Source of the DNA: Planctomycetaceae bacterium
GTDB lineage: Bacteria > Planctomycetota > Planctomycetia > Planctomycetales > Planctomycetaceae
Direction of reading: 5' to 3'
DNA length: 64,000 bases
Assembly (NCBI GenBank): GCA_020426515.1
Contig: JAGQPW010000007.1
Location: forward strand, 10,908-74,907
The notes beneath the pieces are model-generated. The model had not been told where the DNA came from. It worked only from the letters and a program-made list of their open reading frames with translations, and did no database searches. Numbering within the stretch: position 1 is the stretch's first letter; each line of letters begins with the position of its first letter. Below are positions 35,761 through 44,411 of the stretch, piece by piece. Both the position numbers and the translations under genes were made by a program.

Positions 35761-36708
35761 ATGACCCCCCCTGTCAGTCGATTGGATCGCGCCGCAGTTC
35801 TCCTGGGACAACTGGAAAGCCAGACCCGGGATGTTCTGATGCAGAGGTTGAATCCCGAGTTGGCCAAGGAACTCTCCAGCCGCATCGCCCAGTTGAGTAC
35901 GGCGGAACCGTCGTTCAAACAGCGACGCCTTGCTGTCGATGAGTTTGAACAGCTGCTCCGGGTCTTCAAGAAGTACCAGCGGCCCAAACTGAAACTCCAT
36001 CAACCAGACAGTACGGAAGAAGAGCCGGCAGCCGCACCGTACGAGCCAACTGGTAACGCACTCAAGGACCTGGAGCACATCAATATCTACCAGGTCTCTG
36101 CTGCATTTGAGCAGGAGCATCCACGGTCAGTCGCACTGTTGATGAAACATCTCACACCGCAGCGCAATGCCGAAATCCTGGCACTGCTCTCCGATACACA
36201 GCGGACCGCAGTCGTACGGGAAATCAGCCTCGACCCGGATGCCACGTCACTGGTCATGCAGCAAATGGCCAAAGGAGCTGTGACCCGCGCACTGACATTC
36301 CCGGCACGCCAGACCAACAAGACCACATCGGTGGAACGACTGACACAAATGTTGCGCATGACTGACAAGCCGGGCCGCAAGCAAATCCTGCGTGCGGTCG
36401 CCGACCAGGATGCGGAACTGGCCGAACAGGTGCAGCGGGCTCTCTACCAGTTCGAAGATCTGGCGAAACTGTCCGATCCGGAAATGCAGCTTGTGCTGGG
36501 CAAAATTGACAGCGGCACGCTTTCAATGGCCATGTTCCAATGCAGCAACGAGGTGCGCGATCGCATCTTTAACAACCTGTCTAAACGGGCACGGGGAACG
36601 CTGCAGGAAGAGCTGGAATTCCAGCGTCATGTGCCCGCAAGCCAGGTCAAAGCGGCACGTGATGTCATTGCCGACGCACTCGCGGAAGTCGATCAGGAGG
36701 CAGAATGA
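35761..36708 (+). CDS. fliG: Flagellar motor switch protein FliG
   Basis: ATG 35761 has a strong gaaggaga RBS. Contains LDRAAVLLGQLES, AFEQEHPRSVALLMKHL, FEDLAKLSDPEMQLVLGKID and MSKRARGTLQEELE-like LSKRARGTLQEELEF. Confidence 0.9.
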   Translation: MTPPVSRLDRAAVLLGQLESQTRDVLMQRLNPELAKELSSRIAQLSTAEPSFKQRRLAVDEFEQLLRVFKKYQRPKLKLHQPDSTEEEPAAAPYEPTGNALKDLEHINIYQVSAAFEQEHPRSVALLMKHLTPQRNAEILALLSDTQRTAVVREISLDPDATSLVMQQMAKGAVTRALTFPARQTNKTTSVERLTQMLRMTDKPGRKQILRAVADQDAELAEQVQRALYQFEDLAKLSDPEMQLVLGKIDSGTLSMAMFQCSNEVRDRIFNNLSKRARGTLQEELEFQRHVPASQVKAARDVIADALAEVDQEAE

Positions 36709-37370
36709 ACAAGCCTGAAATGATCAACATCACGCTTCCCCGAGATGTCGCCAACGTTCGGTTCACGGGGGGCACCGCCACCGTGACCAATCACGAACGG
36801 CAGCGCCCACTGAATGAATCCGATCCGGAACTGGTCGCGCGTCGGCAGGTGGAGCAACAGGCCCGGCAGGCAGAGTTGCTGGAAGAAGTTCGTGACGCCC
36901 TGCTGGAACTTGAGCGGCGGCGGCAGAATTCGCTGTCGGAACTGCAGGAACTGGCAGTCGAGCTGGCAGCCACCGCTGCAGCCGAACTCACCTGTCAACT
37001 GGTGGACCGGGAACAGTACGCAATCGACGAACTTGTACGGCGAATTCTGGATCAGCTTTCACTGAACTCACCGACGGTACTGAGTGTGCATCCGCAGGAT
37101 GTTCCAAAATTGAAAGCCCTGCTGGACGAGCGAAGCGCCGAACGTGGCGACGCTCTCATTGACATCAAGGCTGATACGAACGTGGCTCCGGGGAACTGCC
37201 GACTCGCTGCCGACAACGGTCGTCTGGCCATCTCGGACCTGGCCCGACGACTGGGTGAGATCCGCCAAGGCTGGCTGGAGGAATTGAAACATGCTCAGAC
37301 TGAACGTCGACAAACTCAAGGCCAGGACCAGGGGCTGCAGCGTTTTCCAGACCGCCGGGATACTGCGTAG
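36705..37370 (+). CDS. fliH: Flagellar assembly protein FliH
   Basis: 221 aa with a charged coiled-coil N-terminus, positioned between fliG and fliI. C-terminus ADTNVAPGNCRLAADNGRLAISD. Confidence 0.7.
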   Translation: MNKPEMINITLPRDVANVRFTGGTATVTNHERQRPLNESDPELVARRQVEQQARQAELLEEVRDALLELERRRQNSLSELQELAVELAATAAAELTCQLVDREQYAIDELVRRILDQLSLNSPTVLSVHPQDVPKLKALLDERSAERGDALIDIKADTNVAPGNCRLAADNGRLAISDLARRLGEIRQGWLEELKHAQTERRQTQGQDQGLQRFPDRRDTA

Positions 37371-38622
37371 CGTAGGAGAAACTTTGATGGTTTCCGGGAC
37401 GGCGACTGTCGGCGAGATTTGCATGATTGGCGACGGTCGAACGGACAGTGTTTCGGGCGAAGTGATCGCCGCGTCGGATCGTGAGGCACGCGTGATGCTG
37501 TTTCACGACGCTGTCGGTTTGCGCCCCGGTCAGGATGTCTACTTTACGGGCCAGCGCCTCTCAGTTCCCGCTGGAAAACAACTGCTGGGACGAGTTCTCG
37601 ATGGTCTGGGAAATCCGATTGATGGTGGTCCGCCTCTGGGTCGTCCCCATATCAACCTGGACTCCGCCGACATCCCCTCTCCCATGGAGCGGCAACGAAT
37701 TGTCAAACCTCTGGTCACTGGCCAGCGCGTCATTGATGGCCTGTTGACGTTGGGCAAAGGCCAGCGAGTTGGCCTGTTCGCAGGGAGCGGCGTCGGCAAA
37801 AGCACTCTGATGGGTGAAGTCGTTAAACACGCCCAGGTGAACTGCAACGTTATTGCATTGATTGGCGAACGAGGACGCGAAGTGCTCCCGTTTGTTCAGG
37901 ATGCACTGGGAGAACTGGGACGTCAGCGTTCTGTCGTCATCGTGGCCACTGCAGAAGAGCCCGCATTGATGCGGATTCAGGCGGCAAGAACAGCGGTTCG
38001 CATCGCCGAATCGTTCCGCGCCGAAGGTGAGGATGTGATGTTCTTTCTGGACAGCATCACCCGTCTGGCACACGCCCAACGAGAGATTGGACTGAGTCGC
38101 GGCGAACCCGCTGGAACACGAGGCTATCCCCCTTCGGTCTTTCGCGTGATGGCCCAAACCCTGGAGCGTTTGGGCACCGCCGGTCGCGGATCCATTACCG
38201 GGCTGATCACGGTCCTGGTCGATGGCGATGATCTTGCCGAGCCCATTTCCGATGCGGCCCGCTCCATTCTGGATGGGCACATCGTGCTGAGTCGCAAGCT
38301 CGCGGAACGTGGAATCTTTCCCGCCGTGGACGTCCTGGGCAGTGTCAGCCGGTTGTTCCGCGAAATCACCAGCACCGAACAGCAGCGGCAGGTCACGTTC
38401 GTTCGTCAGATAATGGACACGTACCGCCAGATGGAAGAGCTGATCCGGATGGGGCTGTACCAAAAGGGAAGTTCCGCCGAGATCGATCAGGCTCTGCAAT
38501 TGATGCCCGAAGTCCAGAGCTTTTGCATGCAGGGCATTGGGGAATCCTCAACATTGGATGAAACGCTCGCTCGCTTGCGTCGCGTCGCCGCCCAGTCTGA
38601 ACGAGAAAGGCGGGTCTCATGA
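37291..38622 (+). CDS. fliI: Flagellum-specific ATPase FliI
   Basis: Walker A GSGVGKSTLMG, Walker B MFFLDSITR. ATG 37291 follows a ggagga RBS. Overlaps fliH by 80 nt. Confidence 0.95.
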   Translation: MLRLNVDKLKARTRGCSVFQTAGILRSVGETLMVSGTATVGEICMIGDGRTDSVSGEVIAASDREARVMLFHDAVGLRPGQDVYFTGQRLSVPAGKQLLGRVLDGLGNPIDGGPPLGRPHINLDSADIPSPMERQRIVKPLVTGQRVIDGLLTLGKGQRVGLFAGSGVGKSTLMGEVVKHAQVNCNVIALIGERGREVLPFVQDALGELGRQRSVVIVATAEEPALMRIQAARTAVRIAESFRAEGEDVMFFLDSITRLAHAQREIGLSRGEPAGTRGYPPSVFRVMAQTLERLGTAGRGSITGLITVLVDGDDLAEPISDAARSILDGHIVLSRKLAERGIFPAVDVLGSVSRLFREITSTEQQRQVTFVRQIMDTYRQMEELIRMGLYQKGSSAEIDQALQLMPEVQSFCMQGIGESSTLDETLARLRRVAAQSERERRVS

Positions 38623-39083
38623 AGAAGTTTCGATCACGCTGGGAACTGCTGCAACGCCTCTCCGCACAGCGCCGAAAGCTCGCGGAGCTGGATGTGCTGC
38701 GAGCCCGTACGGCTTTGTCCGAGACCTCGGGCAAGGAGCTGGCGATTCAACAGGAGTTGCAGGCCAATGCTCACGTGTTTGCCAACCTGACTGCCGAACC
38801 GGTTTCTGCTCATTACCTCGTCGCCTGCCGACTGGTCACGGAACAGTGCACGGAACAACTGGCTGCGCTGCACACGGAGCGTGAGTCGCGACAGCAGGAA
38901 CTGCACAAACTGCTCACCGCGTGGCGTCAACGCAGTGTGGAAGTTGACCAGACCGACCAACTGACACAGCGGGAGCGACAAGTTTACGACGCGGAGCAAC
39001 TGGCCTCTGAGCAAATTGAAGTTGATGAACACTCAATGGCGCTGCACCGCAATCGGAAACCCCGGAGCGAGGAGATGTCATGA
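38619..39083 (+). CDS. fliJ: Flagellar export chaperone FliJ
   Basis: 154-aa coiled-coil protein with start/stop overlaps on both sides (fliI and the next gene). Confidence 0.65.
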   Translation: MKKFRSRWELLQRLSAQRRKLAELDVLRARTALSETSGKELAIQQELQANAHVFANLTAEPVSAHYLVACRLVTEQCTEQLAALHTERESRQQELHKLLTAWRQRSVEVDQTDQLTQRERQVYDAEQLASEQIEVDEHSMALHRNRKPRSEEMS

Positions 39084-39844
39084 AGAAACTCATCCTCACA
39101 ATGGTGATGTCGATGCTGACCTTCGGGTTGGCTTTTGCCGCTTCATGGTACCTGCATCCACCACAGGAGGTTGCCGACGGTCCGGATCAACAGGCCGTGA
39201 CCGCGGCAGCGGATACAGCTTCAGGACCGACAGCAGCTGTCGGAAAACCTGTCAATCCGGGTGATGGCACGCTTCCCGCCGCCGTTCGCCCCCGGGCCGC
39301 GAGTGTCGAGGAACTGGTCCGGCTGGGCCTGTCGCTCAAGGCACGGGAGGAAGAAGTTCACAAGATGGAGGAAGGACTCCAGAAGCGTCAGATTCAGCAA
39401 CAGCTGGCCCTGGCCGATCTGACATCGGAACGGCGCTCACTGGACGGATTTCGGACAGAAGCACGTGATGCACTGGGTGAAGCGCAGCGAGTGCTGGAGC
39501 AGTTGACCGTTATGCACCAGCAACTGGTGAATGAACGAGAGCAACTGGTCAAAGAACGCTCAATGCCAGCAGAAGAGGGCGCCCCCAACACGAGCGCTGA
39601 TCAGATTCAGAAAACCAAGCGGCTCTCGCAATGGATACAGGCCATGGAGCCCGACAAAGCCGCCGGACTGCTCAAGCAGATGGCCAACGATGGAGATGTG
39701 ACGGGAGCCGCTGAAATCCTGTCTCACTTCGAAGAGCGCGAAGCCGCCAAGCTGCTTTCGGCGATCGACGATCCCACGCTGGTCAACGATCTGGTCTCCC
39801 AGTTTCGCGACCTCAAGAGCAGCACCAAGACACCCCCCAAATAG
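39080..39844 (+). CDS. Membrane-anchored MgtE_N-like flagellar protein (FlbB/MotE-like)
   Basis: N-terminal TM, a coiled coil, and C-terminal MEPDKAAGLLKQMANDGDVTGAAEILSHFEEREAAKLLSAI. Confidence 0.55.
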   Translation: MKKLILTMVMSMLTFGLAFAASWYLHPPQEVADGPDQQAVTAAADTASGPTAAVGKPVNPGDGTLPAAVRPRAASVEELVRLGLSLKAREEEVHKMEEGLQKRQIQQQLALADLTSERRSLDGFRTEARDALGEAQRVLEQLTVMHQQLVNEREQLVKERSMPAEEGAPNTSADQIQKTKRLSQWIQAMEPDKAAGLLKQMANDGDVTGAAEILSHFEEREAAKLLSAIDDPTLVNDLVSQFRDLKSSTKTPPK

Positions 39845-39893
39845 TCTCGACACGATGTTTCGCGACGAGATCGACCAGGACAGGTAGGCAGCT

Positions 39894-40163
39894 ATGGAAA
39901 TGCACGAAGTATTGAGTGTGGGGCGTGAGGTCCTGCTGACAGCCGTTCTGCTTTCGGCACCGGCGATTGGCATCAGTTTGCTGGTGGGCGTGATGATCAG
40001 CGTGTTCCAGGCCGCGACCAGCATTCAGGAACAAACACTGTCGTTCGCCCCCCGCATCGTCGCGGTCGCCTTGACCCTGGTGTTGACTTTGCCGTGGTCG
40101 CTGCGGCTGTTGTCGGCTTTCACCCTTCGAATGTTCGGACGCTTGCTGGAGGTCGCCACATGA
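39894..40163 (+). CDS. fliQ: Flagellar export apparatus protein FliQ
   Basis: 89 aa: LLSAPAIGISLLVGVMISVFQAATSIQEQTLSFAPRIVAVAL. Confidence 0.9.
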   Translation: MEMHEVLSVGREVLLTAVLLSAPAIGISLLVGVMISVFQAATSIQEQTLSFAPRIVAVALTLVLTLPWSLRLLSAFTLRMFGRLLEVAT

Positions 40164-40912
40164 CAGCCGTCGACCTTTCCTACGCCACGCTGATTTTCCT
40201 GCGTACGTCCAGTTTCGCAGCGCTGCTGCCGCCAGTTGCGGGCCGTTCGATTCCGATTCCGGTCAAGATCGGCATTGCGGCTGGCCTGTCTCTGTGTTTC
40301 TGGAATCGCGTCCCCATGACCCCCGGCATTGGGGATTCACTGCTGAATGGGCCGTGGTTCACGATGTGCGCGTTGTTCGAAGTGTTCCTGGGGCTGGGCC
40401 TGGCCTGGCTGGCCGGGAGCCTGGTGAGCATTGCGGGAACGGTCGGTGGCATGATCGCGGATGAAATTGGCCTGAACGTTTCTGGTGTGACCAGTTTTGT
40501 CGATACCGGGGCCAGTACCAGCGTGTCGCAGCTGCTGGAAGCGTTGATGAGCATGCTGCTGTTTGCACTGAACTTTCACCACGTCTTTATTCTGATGCTG
40601 TTGTACTCCTTTTTCTGGTTCCCGGCAGGACAACTCGCCAGTGCCGGGTCTGCCGTTGCAGTCATCGACTGGTATGCATTGCTGGGGACGGCACCCATTG
40701 CGATGGCGCTGCCACTGACGGCCATTTCCCTCGGGGGATTGGTGCTGATCAGCGTCATCATGAAACAGGCACCCCAATTCAACTTGCTGTCGTTCGGAAT
40801 GCCGTTGCGTTTGATGCTGGGCATGTTTGCCCTGTTCCTGTTCCTGCCAACCCTGCTGACTCGCTTCGCGGCCTTCGCGCAGCACTTTGAACACAATCTT
40901 GTCCTTCCATAA
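40160..40912 (+). CDS. fliR: Flagellar export apparatus protein FliR
   Basis: ATG 40160 overlaps the fliQ stop (ATGA). Polytopic membrane protein: LIFLRTSSFAALLPPVAGRSIPIPVKIGIAAGL. Confidence 0.9.
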   Translation: MTAVDLSYATLIFLRTSSFAALLPPVAGRSIPIPVKIGIAAGLSLCFWNRVPMTPGIGDSLLNGPWFTMCALFEVFLGLGLAWLAGSLVSIAGTVGGMIADEIGLNVSGVTSFVDTGASTSVSQLLEALMSMLLFALNFHHVFILMLLYSFFWFPAGQLASAGSAVAVIDWYALLGTAPIAMALPLTAISLGGLVLISVIMKQAPQFNLLSFGMPLRLMLGMFALFLFLPTLLTRFAAFAQHFEHNLVLP

Positions 40913-40936
40913 CCAACCGGAAACTCCGCCCGATTC

Positions 40937-42004
40937 ATGAGCGAGTTCAATGAGAACAGAACAGAAGATCCAACACCGAAGCGTCGTGAAGACGCCCGGC
41001 GGGAGGGTCGCGTTGTGTTCAGTGGAGAGCTCTCGGCGGGTGTCGTACTGCTTTGTCTGGCGATAGCGCTCCCCTATCTGCAGTCTCTGTGGGTTGGCCA
41101 GTTTGGCAATATGGTGCTGGAATCGCATCACCTTTCTGCTGAGGTAAACTGGTCGATTCCGCAACTCTCCATGATGTTCCGCTGGGCACTCGTCCAGATG
41201 TTGATGATCGCTGGCCCTGCCGCGCTGGGAGTCTGGCTGGTATCGCTCGGCAGTGCTCAGGCACAAATCGGCGGCATCTCCACCACCGAGTTGACACTGA
41301 ACTGGGAGCGGCTCTGGTCACCCGGAAATCTGTCGCGACTGGTCTCGACGGAAGCATTTGTTACCGCCGGACAAGCCCTGTTGAAGGTGTCGTGCGCACT
41401 CGTCATCGGCATTGTGGCCATGCGGCAGTATATGCCCGCTCTCGGAGGTGCCACGGCCGCCGCACATTCCACGCCTGCACAGGACATGCAGTTCGTGAAT
41501 CAGCTCGTCCTCCAGTTGGCGATTGCTGCCCTCTGCTGGGGAGCCCTCGATTATGGCCTGAAGTGGTGGCGACACGAAAACAAGCTGCGGATGACCAAAC
41601 AGGAATTGAAGCAGGAACACAAGGACGAATCGGGAGACCCGCAAATCAAGGGACGCCGTCGGCAGATGCATCGCGATGCATTGACCCGCAAGTCGCTGAA
41701 GTCGGTTCCCGAAGCATCCGTGGTCCTGAGAAACCCGACGCACTTTGCAGTTGCATTGAAGTATGAGCGTGGCGGCAATGGAGCTCCCATTGTGGTTGCC
41801 AAGGGCAAAGGGGCCATGGCACTGCGAATTGTGGCCATTGCTGAAGAACACAACGTCCCGGTGCTGGAACGCAAACCACTGGCTCGGGCTTTGTATTTCA
41901 TGGCCGATATCGGCAAAGAGATTCCACCCGAGTTGTATCACGCCGTCGCCCAGGTGTTGGCATACGTGTTTCGGATGGGTCAGTCGCGACGCTTATTGAA
42001 ATAG
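40937..42004 (+). CDS. flhB: Flagellar export apparatus switch protein FlhB
   Basis: EDPTPKRREDARREGRV, QELKQEHKDESGDPQIKGRRRQ, and the NPTH autocleavage site in LRNPTHFAVAL. Confidence 0.95.
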   Translation: MSEFNENRTEDPTPKRREDARREGRVVFSGELSAGVVLLCLAIALPYLQSLWVGQFGNMVLESHHLSAEVNWSIPQLSMMFRWALVQMLMIAGPAALGVWLVSLGSAQAQIGGISTTELTLNWERLWSPGNLSRLVSTEAFVTAGQALLKVSCALVIGIVAMRQYMPALGGATAAAHSTPAQDMQFVNQLVLQLAIAALCWGALDYGLKWWRHENKLRMTKQELKQEHKDESGDPQIKGRRRQMHRDALTRKSLKSVPEASVVLRNPTHFAVALKYERGGNGAPIVVAKGKGAMALRIVAIAEEHNVPVLERKPLARALYFMADIGKEIPPELYHAVAQVLAYVFRMGQSRRLLK

Positions 42005-42044
42005 TCCGGTCCGCCCGGACATCAATTGATAAAAGGATTTCGTC

Positions 42045-42830
42045 ATGGACATCGCCACAATCATCGGCCTGCTCGCAGGCAGCGGACTCATCCTCGGGTC
42101 GATCCTGATGGGTGGGGGCGGTATAGGCCCTTTCATCGACATCCCTTCGGCGATGATTACCGTCGGAGGCGCGTTCTCTGCACTGCTGATCAACTTTCCG
42201 ATGTCGAACCTGCTGCAACTGGTGGGTGTCGTGCGCAAGTGCTTCACCACCACGGTCCCCAGCTCGGAACAGGTGATCGCAATGTTTTCGCGGTTCGCCT
42301 CGGTCGCCCGCCGCGATGGGCTGCTGGCATTGGAAAATGAAATGGACGATGTCACGGACGACTTCCTGCGGCGCGGCCTCGAACTCGTGATTGGCGGCGG
42401 CAGCAAAGAAGAAATCAGCACGGTGCTGGAAATTGAAATGGACTACATCCAGCAGCGTCACACCACCGGAAAAAAGATCCTCGATGGTCTCGCTGCGGCG
42501 GCACCCGCCTTCGGAATGATTGGAACGTTGATCGGTCTGGTGCAAATGCTGCGCACCCTGGACGACCCGAGCCAGATTGGGGGGGGGATGGCGATTGCCT
42601 TGTTGACCACGCTGTACGGCGCTGTCGTCGCCAACCTGTTCTGCCTGCCATTGGCCGGCAAGCTGGAAAGCCGGAACCAGGAGGAAATGATGGTCAAGGA
42701 CCTGATGAAAACCGGGTTGTGCCTGTTGATTGACGGGCAGGCGCCTTCCGTGCTGCAGGAGCGACTGGCGGCGTTCCTTTCCGCTTCCCGACGCAACGCG
42801 ACTTCGACCGCCACTGAAACTGCCGCCTGA
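42045..42830 (+). CDS. motA: Flagellar stator protein MotA/PomA
   Basis: MDIATIIGLLAGSGLILGSILMGGG...AAPAFGMIGTLIGLVQML...ALLTTLYGAVVANLFCLPLAGKL. Confidence 0.9.
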   Translation: MDIATIIGLLAGSGLILGSILMGGGGIGPFIDIPSAMITVGGAFSALLINFPMSNLLQLVGVVRKCFTTTVPSSEQVIAMFSRFASVARRDGLLALENEMDDVTDDFLRRGLELVIGGGSKEEISTVLEIEMDYIQQRHTTGKKILDGLAAAAPAFGMIGTLIGLVQMLRTLDDPSQIGGGMAIALLTTLYGAVVANLFCLPLAGKLESRNQEEMMVKDLMKTGLCLLIDGQAPSVLQERLAAFLSASRRNATSTATETAA

Positions 42831-42843
42831 TCAGGACTGAACC

Positions 42844-43515
42844 ATGGCCCGAGAGCCCGAAAAGAGCACCGCCGGTGAAGTCCCTGCATGGTTTATGACC
42901 TACAGCGACGTCATCACACTGTTGATGACGTTCTTCATCCTCCTGCTGACATTTGCGACCAGCGAGCCGGAAAAATTTGAGCGGATGCAGGTTTCGATGT
43001 TCGGTGGAGGCGGCAGTCAGGGTTTCGCCAGAAAGATGGAAGACGCCATGGACCGCGAGTCCATTGTGGCCCGCTTTCGACCGCGAACCAGCCGGCTCAC
43101 GTCACGTGGCTCCGAGTCCGAACCGGAGATGCAGGACGCTGATGTGAAAGCAATGAAGGACGGTTTGAAATCGCTGGACGAGCGATCGGATCTGGCTCAG
43201 CTGTCTCGCATCAGTTTTGAGATTGTGATTCCGAAATGGCTGACGCCCGAACCGGGACTCACCGCACTGGGGCGGCAGCAACTGCGTGACCTGGTTCGGC
43301 AGATGAAGGCACTGCCGCTCGAGCTGACGTTGGCAGCAAATAATACCGACGAACTGGAACTGGCCCTGCAGATTGCCCAGACCTTGACCACCGAGGGCAA
43401 GATCTCACTGGGGCGAATCAGCATTGCTGTTGCCGACGATGTCCCGCCAGGCAAGCTGCGTCTCACACTGGTACGCGAAGAGCAGGCGACCAGGTCCGTT
43501 CGACTGGAAGAGTGA
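42844..43515 (+). CDS. MotB-like stator protein 1 (no recognisable OmpA-type C-terminal motif by eye)
   Basis: N-terminal VPAWFMTYSDVITLLMTFFILLL, the MotB TM/plug signature with the conserved Asp. Confidence 0.65.
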   Translation: MAREPEKSTAGEVPAWFMTYSDVITLLMTFFILLLTFATSEPEKFERMQVSMFGGGGSQGFARKMEDAMDRESIVARFRPRTSRLTSRGSESEPEMQDADVKAMKDGLKSLDERSDLAQLSRISFEIVIPKWLTPEPGLTALGRQQLRDLVRQMKALPLELTLAANNTDELELALQIAQTLTTEGKISLGRISIAVADDVPPGKLRLTLVREEQATRSVRLEE

Positions 43516-43554
43516 GCGCAGTCGCTGACTTGGGACTTTCTCTGGGAGGTTGAA

Positions 43555-44295
43555 ATGGCCAAACGCAAAAAGATCGAACCGTCGGGAGCCAACAACGGCT
43601 ACCTGATTTCGTTTGGCGACACGATGACCGCGTTGCTGGCATTTTTCATTGTGCTCAACTCGCTTGCGACCGAACAGACGGGTGCCAAACTACACGACGG
43701 AACCGGGTCGTTCGTGCAGGCCGGCAAATCGCACGGGATGCCGGGCATGTTTTCCTCGGGGCAATCGAGATTCCCCATGTCGATGCAGGAGTCCAGCCCC
43801 ATCTACGCGGTCGGAGATGACTCGACGGAAGCCAAAGCGACCGGAAGCGGACCAGATGACGATGCAGACACCATCTGGGTGCGTGATCGCACGATGGAAG
43901 AATACGACCGCTTTCTTCTCGCCATGGAACGAATCAGCAAGGCGTCTCCAGATCAGGAAATCAAGGGGGAGGTTGCCTTCGATCGGATGAAGGCACTGCC
44001 ATCGCCGGAGGAGCCGCTCGACGAAGCGATGCGCGAACAACTGATGCAGATCCTTCCGCTGCTGCTGACCGGTCGATACGAGCTGGACGTCGTCGTCTGG
44101 GCGACCACTCCCTCGGATTCGGCCTGGCGACGAGCTGCCGGACAAGCGCAGGAGATTCGGACCCGGGTGCTGGAATTCATGCAGTTGCAGGGCGAAGACG
44201 CCGCCCGCGTCCGCAGTTGCGCCCGGCCCTGGTTCTCCTCCACCATCAAGCGCCCCAGCATGTCGCTCCAGGTACGCATGATCGCTGGCGAATAG
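43555..44295 (+). CDS. MotB-like stator protein 2
   Basis: N-terminal NNGYLISFGDTMTALLAFFIVLNSL. The C-terminal region is weakly OmpA-like (WRRAAGQAQEIRTRVLEFMQLQG). Confidence 0.65.
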   Translation: MAKRKKIEPSGANNGYLISFGDTMTALLAFFIVLNSLATEQTGAKLHDGTGSFVQAGKSHGMPGMFSSGQSRFPMSMQESSPIYAVGDDSTEAKATGSGPDDDADTIWVRDRTMEEYDRFLLAMERISKASPDQEIKGEVAFDRMKALPSPEEPLDEAMREQLMQILPLLLTGRYELDVVVWATTPSDSAWRRAAGQAQEIRTRVLEFMQLQGEDAARVRSCARPWFSSTIKRPSMSLQVRMIAGE

Positions 44296-44411
44296 GGTCT
44301 GCGACCCGACCGCCCGTCGACTCCACATCGACAGGCGTGCACGATCAACATGGCAAATCACAGAACCGTTGGGTAACTTCCAGCGGTCCTGTTTCTGTTC
44401 CGGGAGATATC

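Noticed and set aside
37561-38499. 312-aa ORF on the minus strand
   Set aside because: It is fully antisense to fliI, whose Walker motifs make the plus-strand frame certain. Its composition is that of a typical high-GC shadow ORF. The same reasoning applies to 40337-41266, 41318-41941 and 41898-42545, which are antisense to fliR, flhB and motA.
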